From Candidatus Bathyarchaeota archaeon (GTDB lineage: Archaea > Thermoproteota > Bathyarchaeia > Bathyarchaeales > Bathycorpusculaceae): 64,000 nucleotides of DNA. The stretch's first letter is position 1, and every line of letters starts with the position of its first letter. The position numbers and the translations under genes are program-made. Under the pieces are notes generated by a model. That model was given only the letters and a program-made list of their open reading frames with translations, had not been told where the DNA came from and did no database searches. The stretch lies in assembly GCA_963811105.1 (NCBI GenBank), contig CAWEPZ010000008.1:7672-71671 (forward strand). The letters run 5' to 3'. Below, piece by piece: positions 51,323 to 60,769 of the stretch.

Positions 51323-52990
51323 TTGACATCTCAAAGGAAACTATTTTCGCGCAAGAAACCAGTAAAACTTCTGGAACCTGTCTTAGATTTATCTGAAAAA
51401 ATAGGTAAGAAAAAAGGTTTGTCCCTAAAAGTACCATCATTCACCAAAAAAACAAGGTTGCCAAATCCTGTTGCTCCCATTCCTGACAGAGAGATACCAG
51501 TTTCCGAGCCAGTTAACGAGAAAATCCTCGAAACTTACTCTCTCATTGAGCCTTATTGTCACGTGAATATTGTGAAGGATTTGGACAGGGGAAACATAAG
51601 ATACGTGGTTGATGAACCAAAACTCACAATCGAAGATGAAACTCACCTTAAGCGGTTAAAAGAAATTCTTAATCAAGTAATAACCCTAAAGCCATCAGAT
51701 TTACAATCAAAAGAGACTGCTGGAAAATACTTAGTTGAGAAGAGTAAAGAAATTTTTGACAACTACGATTTTAAGATAGATGCAGCAACACAAGGTAAAC
51801 TTCTTTACTGCATTGTTAGGGATAATCTCGGTTTTGGAAAAATAGATTCCCTAATGCACGACCAATTAATTGAGGACCTTTCATGCGATGGAGTTAATAT
51901 CCCAATCTTCGTTTGGCATCGCAAGTCCGAGTCCATACCAACAAACATTCGTTTTGAGACTGAAGAGGAACTTGACTCATTCGCTCTGCGACTTGCATAT
52001 ATGTGTGGAAGTCACGTTTCCATAGCTCAACCACTATTAGATGCAAGTCTTCCGGATGGCAGCAGAATCAACCTTACTTACGGCAAAGAGGTTACGCGTA
52101 GAGGCTCAACTTTTACCATAAGAAAATTCAAACTTGACCCATTCACAGTAACCGATCTAATTATTTTTGGCACTATCTCAGCGGAGATGGCTGCTTTCTT
52201 GTGGTATGCAGTAGAAAATCGAGTTTCAATCCTGGTGGCTGGCGGTATTGCTGCTGGCAAAACTACACTTTTAAACTGTCTAAGCATGTTCATAAAAGCC
52301 GACTTAAAAGTCGTATCCATCGAAGATACACCTGAGATTAACCTTCCACATGAAAACTGGATTCCGGCTACCACTAGATCACATTTTGGAATAGCCACAG
52401 ACTCTGCAGACGTTACATTATTTGATCTTCTGAAAGCTTCATTGAGACAAAGACCAGACTACATCATAGTTGGTGAAATCAGAGGAGCAGAAGCATACAC
52501 TCTTTTCCAAGCTGTAAGTACAGGGCACCTTGGGATGTCAACCGTTCACGCTGAATCAGTTGAATCAGCGGTTTACCGTTTAGAATCAGCACCAATGAAC
52601 ATTCCTCGAACTCTCATCGCTGGAATAGACATCATATTGGTTCAAAAACGAGTCGAAATAAAAGGCAAACCTGTGAGAAAAACGGTTGCCGCCTCAGAAA
52701 TCGTTGGTTTAGATCCTCGTTCAGGAGAAATATTAACAAACGAAGTGTATAGATGGAACGCGACTGATGAAACATTCGATTATACTGGTCGAAGTTATAT
52801 TCTTGAGAAAATAGCTGAAAAAACAGGAATAAGCATTGAGCAGGCTGAAGAAGAACTCAAAAATAGAAGAAAAATAATAACCTGGATGGCTAAAAAGGGC
52901 ATTCGAAATTACAAAGACGTATCCAACATAATTCGATCGTATATGGAGAATCCTACTCGCATACTTGCGGAGGCATTAAAAGACGAATAA
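51323..52990 (+). CDS. Type IV pilus assembly ATPase (TadA/VirB11/ArlI family)
   Basis: LPDGSRIN, FTIRKF, Walker A GGIAAGKT, SIEDTPE, LRQRPDYIIVGEIRG, TGH...HAES. Confidence 0.93.
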   Translation: MTSQRKLFSRKKPVKLLEPVLDLSEKIGKKKGLSLKVPSFTKKTRLPNPVAPIPDREIPVSEPVNEKILETYSLIEPYCHVNIVKDLDRGNIRYVVDEPKLTIEDETHLKRLKEILNQVITLKPSDLQSKETAGKYLVEKSKEIFDNYDFKIDAATQGKLLYCIVRDNLGFGKIDSLMHDQLIEDLSCDGVNIPIFVWHRKSESIPTNIRFETEEELDSFALRLAYMCGSHVSIAQPLLDASLPDGSRINLTYGKEVTRRGSTFTIRKFKLDPFTVTDLIIFGTISAEMAAFLWYAVENRVSILVAGGIAAGKTTLLNCLSMFIKADLKVVSIEDTPEINLPHENWIPATTRSHFGIATDSADVTLFDLLKASLRQRPDYIIVGEIRGAEAYTLFQAVSTGHLGMSTVHAESVESAVYRLESAPMNIPRTLIAGIDIILVQKRVEIKGKPVRKTVAASEIVGLDPRSGEILTNEVYRWNATDETFDYTGRSYILEKIAEKTGISIEQAEEELKNRRKIITWMAKKGIRNYKDVSNIIRSYMENPTRILAEALKDE

Positions 52991-52994
52991 GCGG

Positions 52995-53861
52995 TTGCTA
53001 TCTCTCTTTCTTAGAACGGCAAAGTTTGTTCCTCAATCTCTTATTACAGAATTAAAGAGCATGCAGGATAATCTATCTAAAGCCGCGGTTAAAATCACCT
53101 TCGAAGCTTACTTGGGCTTAATGGCCTTCTCAACAATAATAGCTGCAGTGTTAGGCTTTGGAGTTTCATTACTGATATTCTCAATTAGACTTCCAATTGT
53201 ACCTGCATTGGTATTTTCAATAATAGCTGCGATGGTCACTGGCATTGTCGTATTTGGGTTTTGTTATGTTTACCCTGTTCTCACGATTTCGTCTAAGGTG
53301 AGAAAGATAGAGTCAAATTTGCCATTAACAGCTAATTTCATGGCGGTGCTAGCAAGTTCAGGCATGCCTCCCGAACGTATTTTTCGATCCTTAGCAAATG
53401 TCGGCGATGAATTCGGGGTTGGAGAAGAAATACGTCGTGCCATTGCTGATACCGAATTGATGGGTTTGGATTTAAATGATGCTTTGAGACGCGCATCTGT
53501 AAGGTCGGCTTCAAGAAAGTTTGGCGCAATGTTAGATGGCATTGTCACTACTTCCCACATGGGTGGCGATTTGGCGTCTTTTCTTAGAGATGAGTCAGAA
53601 AAAGCCAAAAAGCTGCGGGTTACTTCAATGAAAAGTTTTCTAGATAGTCTTGCAGGCATGGCCGAAGTCTACGTCAGTTTCATGATTGCACTGCCCTTGG
53701 TCCTTGTAGTTATGCTCTCTGTAATGTCATTCTTAGGCGGCGGATCAATGCTTGCCGGTATGGATCCTCAAACAGTTTTGTTACTTATGACCTTCATAGT
53801 AACACCTGCAGGTGTAGGAATAATGTTGCTAATGGTCGATTCAATGACACCTCCGAGGTAA
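52995..53861 (+). CDS. Type IV pilus membrane platform protein (TadC/T2SSF family)
   Basis: N-terminal TMs, IESNLP...MAVLASSG T2SSF domain, C-terminal TMs. Confidence 0.88.
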   Translation: MLSLFLRTAKFVPQSLITELKSMQDNLSKAAVKITFEAYLGLMAFSTIIAAVLGFGVSLLIFSIRLPIVPALVFSIIAAMVTGIVVFGFCYVYPVLTISSKVRKIESNLPLTANFMAVLASSGMPPERIFRSLANVGDEFGVGEEIRRAIADTELMGLDLNDALRRASVRSASRKFGAMLDGIVTTSHMGGDLASFLRDESEKAKKLRVTSMKSFLDSLAGMAEVYVSFMIALPLVLVVMLSVMSFLGGGSMLAGMDPQTVLLLMTFIVTPAGVGIMLLMVDSMTPPR

Positions 53862-53867
53862 ATAATA

Positions 53868-54716
53868 TTGGGCAAAGTTGCAATTAAAAAAAGACAATTA
53901 ACTTTGGGGCTTTCGATACTTGCCGTAATAGTAGCTGTAGCAATTATCGCTATCGTATCATTCTCGGCATTAACAACTTATATCAATGAAATCTTTTTTG
54001 TTAGCATATTAGTGATATTAGTCCCTTCGGCTATTCTTGATTTGAAACACCAACGATGGATATCCTCAATAGAAAACCAGATGCCTCTGCTCGTCAGAGG
54101 AGTTGCAGAATCTCAGGAAACCGGGATGACCTTAATTAGAGCTTTGGAAAAAGTTGTCGACAACAAAATGGTCAGTGGTCCCCTTTCAAAGGAAGTCAAG
54201 CAGTTAGTTATTGAAATGTCCTGGGGTACATCTTTTGAAGATGCACTAACCAATTTCAAAAATCGCATAAACTCACCCATAGTGAACCGCTTCTGTGTTC
54301 TTGTTTTGGAAGCAAGCCGATCAGGGGGAACAATCAAGAAAGTATTCACTGCAACTGCAGGTTTCATGGAGGAAATGAAGGATATCGACAGGGAAACCGA
54401 CGCCCAAATGAAACCTTACATAATAGTGATTTATGCGGCCTTTGCAGTGTTTATAGTTACAGCAATTCTGCTGGTGCAATCGTTTTTTGCTCCCATGAGT
54501 GGTTCTCAGCAAATATCAAGCAATACCGCCATTGCTGGAGTTGGCGGATTAAAGGATTTCTTCTATCAAGACATGTTGGTTTCAGGTTTAACAGGCGGAT
54601 TGATGGCAGGAAAAATCGGGGAACGCAGAGTAGCTGGAGGTATGAAACACTCAATCCTACTAGTCGTAATTGGATACGCCATATTCTTTGCAGGTATACC
54701 GCCCAACTGGATGTAA
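53868..54716 (+). CDS. Second type IV pilus platform protein (TadB/C, T2SSF family)
   Basis: IENQMP...ESQETGMTL..AL, EASRSGG, C-terminal TMs. Confidence 0.88.
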   Translation: MGKVAIKKRQLTLGLSILAVIVAVAIIAIVSFSALTTYINEIFFVSILVILVPSAILDLKHQRWISSIENQMPLLVRGVAESQETGMTLIRALEKVVDNKMVSGPLSKEVKQLVIEMSWGTSFEDALTNFKNRINSPIVNRFCVLVLEASRSGGTIKKVFTATAGFMEEMKDIDRETDAQMKPYIIVIYAAFAVFIVTAILLVQSFFAPMSGSQQISSNTAIAGVGGLKDFFYQDMLVSGLTGGLMAGKIGERRVAGGMKHSILLVVIGYAIFFAGIPPNWM

Positions 54717-54721
54717 AAAAA

Positions 54722-55174
54722 ATGAAGAAACTATTTAGAAACCGAAAGGCAGTTTCACCAGTGATCGCCACCGTATTGATGATATTAGTAACAATGGCTG
54801 GTATGTCGATTCTTTTTGGGTTTGTGATTTCATATTCTGATGCGTACAAAGCAGGTGTTGGAAGTTCTGTTATGGAGTCTTTAACCGTCGAAGACATATG
54901 GTTAAGCCCGCATACTACCACTTATAATTCTGAAGTTCAAATATCTGTCTACAATGTTGGAAAAGTAGATTCCACAATAACATCGATGTATGCAAACGGC
55001 TTAAAATTAACTGAAAATGGCACCCTCAACTTAAACAAACCCATAGCCGTTGGCCAACATCTAACCATAACTCTTGACTGGAGCCCGAACCGTTGGGTTC
55101 ATGGTCAAGAATATACATTTAGAGTTTCAACATTGAGCGGATCTAACTTCGACATTAAATATACAGCGCCATAA
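54722..55174 (+). CDS. Archaeal type IV pilin
   Basis: Class III signal peptide RNRKA/VSPVIATVLMIL; YNVGKVD..I beta-sandwich. Confidence 0.88.
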   Translation: MKKLFRNRKAVSPVIATVLMILVTMAGMSILFGFVISYSDAYKAGVGSSVMESLTVEDIWLSPHTTTYNSEVQISVYNVGKVDSTITSMYANGLKLTENGTLNLNKPIAVGQHLTITLDWSPNRWVHGQEYTFRVSTLSGSNFDIKYTAP

Positions 55175-55189
55175 ACTGGGAGATGAAGA

Positions 55190-55672
55190 ATGTTGATAAA
55201 GCGACTATTAAAAAACAAGAAGGGAACAGCTGAAGTAATCGGATCAGTAATGTTCATTGTTATATTACTGTTCTTCTTTACAAACGTGTACTTGTGGCAT
55301 GACACTGCAACAAAAGAAATGAACGATCTCTATGTTCAGAAGATAAACTCGCCAATTACGATTTCAATAATGTCGAGTCCTTACGAGTTGAATGTAACCA
55401 ATAAAGGTGGCGTAGATGCTAGACTTTCAATTTTGTGGGTGGATGTGACATCGGCCAGTTCCGGTAGCCCCGATCGGTTTCATGGTTACTTCAATCTTAC
55501 ACAATTAAATATTGTTGTCCTTCCAGGGTCAAGCATCCCAGTTTCTTGGAATTCTGTCGGCACTTTGAATAGTTTGGATGAAAGTTATAATCCCCAATCT
55601 GGTGATATATTGCAGCTTAAAATGGTTACAAGCGTTGGAAATACTGCTGCTTGTCGATACCCCCAAGGTTGA
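55190..55672 (+). CDS. Minor pilin-like protein
   Basis: Class III-like signal KNKKG/TAEVIGSVMFIVILLFFF; C-terminal KMVTSVGN. Confidence 0.75.
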   Translation: MLIKRLLKNKKGTAEVIGSVMFIVILLFFFTNVYLWHDTATKEMNDLYVQKINSPITISIMSSPYELNVTNKGGVDARLSILWVDVTSASSGSPDRFHGYFNLTQLNIVVLPGSSIPVSWNSVGTLNSLDESYNPQSGDILQLKMVTSVGNTAACRYPQG

Positions 55673-55875
55673 AAATTTGTAGCTTATTTTTCTTCTTATT
55701 TCCCAAGATTTTACCCAAGAAGATGATCTTCTGGTCGGTGCCACTTTTCTATTTACTTGTTTTTGTTGTTTGGTCATAAGGAATTGCCTTTTCTTAGCTT
55801 GTCTGTCGATAGAGCATAATTTTTTTTCGTTTGATTGTTCGTTTATGAATATGTCTGCCTTTAGTTTTTTGGGGT

Positions 55876-57001
55876 CTAGTTTACATGCACTATTAGGGGT
55901 CTGTTAGAGATTATCCCATTGAATATCCATTCGCCAAGTGCTAAATATGGAAGAGAGCTTGAGGTGCCTACCATGTTTGAGAGGTTTTCAATATCTTCTT
56001 TGTTTGTTGTTTTTCCAATTATTTGCGTGCCAATTTGAGATAGAACACTTCCTCCAAGTTGGGCTGGATGGGTAGTTAAGAGACATGCAAATATGCCTGT
56101 TTTTCTTCCTTCAGAGACAACTTGATCTAGTGTTTCTCCGATAAGATTTTCTGATTCCTCGATAATTAGGAATAGTGGCTTGATTTTATCTTCCAATCTT
56201 AGTTTTAGTAGCATTTGTAGAGCTTCGATGTAGAAAGCCCTTTTTTCTTTGGGTGCTAATCCGTAGCCATTTAGAATTGATGTTTGTCCTCTCTTTATTT
56301 CTTTAGCCAGAGCATCTTTATCCATTTTTGAATTAACCACAATGGCTTTAGCGTGTGTTTCTAGAGCGTTTGAGTATTCATTATACGGGTCAAATACAAT
56401 TATTTGACCTGGAGTTTTGCCGTATATTTCTTGAATCAATAATTTGGCAAGGTGAGTTTTTCCTGCGCCAGCTACAGCAGTGATGATTGCGTGTTTTGAA
56501 GTTAACTCTTGTGCATCTATAAAGCACTTAATGCTTCCGCTACTATCTTGCTCATGAGCCGATGAACCTTCAAAGGTTCCTATTTGAATAGGCATCTTGA
56601 AGACTTCTCCTTTTGCATTTCTATTCAGGATGTCTTCAAGAAACTTTTTTAATGGAATATAGACTCGGCACCCCGGATTTGGGGGAACCAAAACTTTGCC
56701 CATTGGTTTAACTTCATTTCTAAGATCAATGTATCCCTCGATTTTTGCAGTTGCTAGCATTTTACCAATTTTGTCGCCTATGGTTGAACCCGCAACTTCC
56801 TCATAGCTAGTATATATCAGTAATAACTGCCAAGACCTGGCATGCTTCACCAAAAAGCGGATGGTCAATAAGGACATAATCATATTTTTCCAAACTGCCC
56901 TTGTTCTTTGGGGGACTGACCAGAAAACAGAATTGCCCCGTATGGGTATCATTGGATACTAATCCAAAATGTTCCCTTATGCGAACGTTTGAAAGATCCA
57001 T
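55876..57001 (-). CDS. Compact HerA/FtsK-like ATPase with HAS-barrel N-terminus; +1 indel near 56814
   Basis: MDLSNVRIREHFGLV..FCFLVS..KYDYVLIDH joins TSYEEV; Walker A AVAGAGKT, FDPYNEY, Walker B IIEESE, EGRKTG, TTHPAQL. Confidence 0.78.
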
Positions 57002-57845
57002 TAATCTAACCTCTAAATTGGTATTCTCTATTTGATGTGTTGAGGATTTTAATTTATCGGAGTACAAATTCAGTGTACAAATTCAGGACATTTCCCTGGA
57101 TAATCTGTTGCGATTCAACTTGGCTAATTTATCCATACAGCAATAATACAGAGCAATAATTCATGTTTGTTAAATATCACTTCATCATAGCTAGCGCTTA
57201 GACGAAAAAATAGTCTACAAACTATTAATTATGAAGGAAAAAACAATTGACAAGAACAAAAAATGTAAAAAACACTACTAAATTCGAACGCTCAATCAAA
57301 GCAATATCTCCAGTCATCGCAACTCTACTAATGATTGCTATCGCAGTCGTTGCCTCGCTAGTCGTCTACGCTTGGGTAACAGGCTACATGGGCAACACAA
57401 CATCCAAAGCTGGAAAAGCCATACAAATCCAAAGCTTCGCTTCCCAAGGTGGCAACTTGGTTATCTACGTGCAAAACGTAGGCCAAGGAGACGTAGAACT
57501 CAATAGAGACCAAAGCGTCTACGTAAACAGCAACTTGATACCTCTCAGATCAACCACTGCAGGCAAAAATTCCAATAGTAGCAGGTCAAACTGTAGAATT
57601 GCTGACTGACTTTGCTATACACTGCAGGCACCAAGGTCAACATCAAAGTAACCACAACCGACGGCACTTTCATGACAGCAACAGGCACAGGTGGCTCAAG
57701 CAATCCAACAACCCCAGCAACTACGTATCCTGTTAGTTTTGTGTTGGGTGCTGGTGGTTAATCGATGAATCCAGTCGGTTCTCAAACTGTTGGTGGAACT
57801 ATTGCGATAACGGCAACAGAAACTACCGGGCATCACTTTACTTTT

Positions 57846-58435
57846 TGGAGTAGCAGTACAGGCTCTATCACTTTTGGCGATGATAACTTAGCTTCAACAA
57901 GTGCCACAATCAACGGTGCAGGTACAATAACAGCAAACTTTGCAGCCGATACAGTTCAGTACTCTGTTACTTTTGCTAAGTTAGGTGATGCTAGTGCAGT
58001 AATTAGTCCACTAGCTGGAACGTACTCTTATGATGCTGGTTCATCAGTTCCAATTACAGCTACTGCCTCTTCTGGGAATCACTTTACCTCTTGGAGTAGC
58101 AGTACAGGCTCTATCACTTTTGGCGATGATAGCTTAGCTTCAACAAGTGCCACAATCAACGGTGCAGGTACAATAACAGCAAACTTTGCAGCCGATACAG
58201 TTCAGTACTCTGTTACTTTTGCTAAGTTAGGTGATGCTAGTGCAGTAATTAGTCCACTGGCTGGAACGTACTCTTATGATGCTGGTTCATCAGTTCCAAT
58301 TACAGCTACTGCCTCTTCTGGGAATCACTTTACCTCTTGGAGCAAAACGGGGTCTATCACTTTTGGTGATGATAGCTTGGCTTCAACAAGTGCCACAATC
58401 AACGGTGCAGGTACAATAACAGCAAACTTTGCAGC
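57846..58435 (+). repeat. Near-perfect 246-bp tandem repeat (2.4 copies; 82-aa unit)
   Basis: tggagtagcagtacagg recurs at 57846 and 58092, with a variant at 58338; only a few substitutions and a 3-bp deletion between copies. Confidence 0.92.
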
Positions 58436-58662
58436 AAACACACGTGTTAGGTACTGATGGTTTTTCAATGAATCCAACTGCTGGTTCTCATAATGTTGGT
58501 GGAGCTATTGCGATAACAGCAACGGCAAATACAGATTTCCACTTTGCATCTTGGACTGGCACAGGCTCAATTACCTTCGCCGATGCTAACGCTGCATCTA
58601 CTACGGCCACGGTTAATGGTGCGGGCTCGATAACTGCAAACTTTGCAGCAAACACTGTTAAT

Positions 58663-59128
58663 TATAATATTGTTGTCACTAATCCTGCTGGTTCTCATGG
58701 CACGATTGCTCCATCTGGTACTACTTCTTATGCAGCTGGTGCTACTCCGAGCTTCACGATTACAGCAGATTCTGGTTATCACATTGCAAGCGTAACGACT
58801 AATGCTGGTGCGCAGGCTCTTACTTCGCCTTATGTTTTTCCAGCTCTAGCTGCTGATGGAACTTTAACCGCAACATTTGCGGCAAACATTGTTAGCTATA
58901 ATATTGTTGTGACTCAAACTACCAATGGTGCAATTGATCCTTCTGGTACTACTTCTTATGCTGCTGGTGCTACTCCGAGCTTCACGATTACTCCTGCTGC
59001 TAATTATCACATTGCGACTATAGTGACTAATGCTGGGTCTCAAACTGTTACTACACCTTCCGGTCAGGCTTATGTGTTTCCAGCTCTAGCTGCTGATGGA
59101 ACTTTAACCGCAACATTTGCGGCAAACA
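58663..59128 (+). repeat. Diverged in-frame duplication (58663-58888 and 58897-59128)
   Basis: Both start tataatattgttgt and end ccagctctagctgctgatggaactttaaccgcaacatttgcggcaaaca. Confidence 0.85.
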
Positions 59129-60769
59129 CAGTTGTTGCTACAAAGTTAGTGTTTGCTGCAGGTTCTTCTCAGACTTTAACTGCCGGCGTTATTTCGCCAA
59201 CTGCGATAATAGTCCAACGTCAAGATGCATCCAATAATCCTGTTTCGACTGGCACTGCTCAAATTACCGTCACGTTGAGTACAGGTTCTTCAGGCGGCGT
59301 GTTCTATTCAACTGCCGGTGGTACAACTGCGATTACTTCGATTACTATCGCTGCAGGCTCGAGTAGTTCTGCTGGTTTCTATTACAAGGATACTGTTGCT
59401 GCTGCTCCAACATTAACTGGTGCTTCTTCTGGTTTGACTTCCGCTACCTCACAGTTCACGATTAACGCTGCGGCTGCTTCCAAGTTGGTTTTCACGGTGC
59501 ATCCAGGAACGGTCCAACACAATGTAGTTTCGACAGTGTTTACTGTACAACGCCAAGATCAGTATGGAAATCCAACTACAACAGGAACTGCAACTGTAAC
59601 CTTAGCGAGCGACGGCGGATCCCGAGGTCACTTTTACTCTGATTCTGCGGGTCACAATGAGATAACCTCCACTATAACAATTGCTGCTGGATCTAATGCG
59701 TACAATTTCTATTATCAAGACACAACCAGCAGTCCTCCTCAGACACGAACGATCACTGCGACTTCATCTTCTTTAACGACGGCTTCGACAACGATTTCCG
59801 TTATCACATAGAAAATCTATTTTCCGTTCTTTTTTTTTGTAATTTATCTTTATAACATTTCAATCGTTTTTGTATGATACGTTCTGTGAAAGATTTTCAA
59901 ATTATTATAGGTAAAATAAATCTTAAAACGACTCGAATGAACCCACTTTAGGAAACCCGCCTTGAGATTTACTGGTGACTTAGGTCCATGGGTTCAAATT
60001 AGCTACCTGGTTTTTGTTAGTTTTTATATTTTAAGTCTCCCTACATTCCTTTCTTTTTTTTGGAATTCAAAAAAGTAACATTGCCCATTAATAAAAAACA
60101 ACTATCTTCACCGAGAAGAACTCTGGCTTTCTTACCTGATTCAAACTTGATAACAATTAAAGCCTTCCTTAAACATAAGCTTGCAACGGATTCCTCGGAG
60201 ATATTTTTAGATGAAATATTAGTAAGAACTCACAGGAAACTGAATTGTTGAGAATAGAGCAATATTTGCTGCTTATTAATAGTGGTTAAGGCTTCATTTA
60301 AATTATTTTTCCTAAATTCTTCATTTATTTAATGTTGAACAGACGTAAGATTAATTCACTAATATCACAAAGGTATTTGCATATAATAAGAAGTCTTATG
60401 AACAAAACTTTCAAGATAACGAAGTGTAAAAAAAGTGAAGTTGCAAGGAAACTCTTAGCCAAGGAGAAACAGAGGAGTTCCAGCAGAGTTTGGAATTTTG
60501 TGGTACCCTTCACATAAGATGGGCAATAATAACCCCATATTAGTCAATTCCACCTCTCACCAAAAAATCTTTTAGAAAAAACAGACGAAGAAAGACAAAG
60601 AGTGCCTGTTAGCGATTCTGGCTTACAAGATTACCTTTTACTTGCCTATTTAAGAATTCTCAATATAGAGTATTGCTTCATGGGTCTTAAATATCCCTTC
60701 CAGCAAGAATAGCATATAATTTAACGCTAATTTAACAATTGGACAAATGGTAAAGGAAGAAGAGAAGAA

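Larger units (their letters stand above)
57247..59811 (+). pseudogene. Giant pilin-adhesin fusion disrupted by three frameshifts (about 57568, 57620, 58440) and an in-frame TAA (57759)
   Basis: Class III signal RSIKA/ISPVIATLL, pilin domain, six InlB-B/Flg_new-like repeats and two invasin/Ig-like KLVF..QRQD domains reconstructed across frames. Confidence 0.78.

Noticed and set aside
51323-55672. Archaellum operon (arlI/arlJ/arlB)
   Set aside because: Two TadC-type platforms instead of one ArlJ, pilin-type not archaellin-type N-termini, and no ArlF/G seen.
59982-59999. aggtccatgggttcaaat, a tRNA variable/T-loop-like motif
   Set aside because: The 3' side of the T stem does not pair and there is no acceptor or anticodon arm. 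At most a degenerate fragment.
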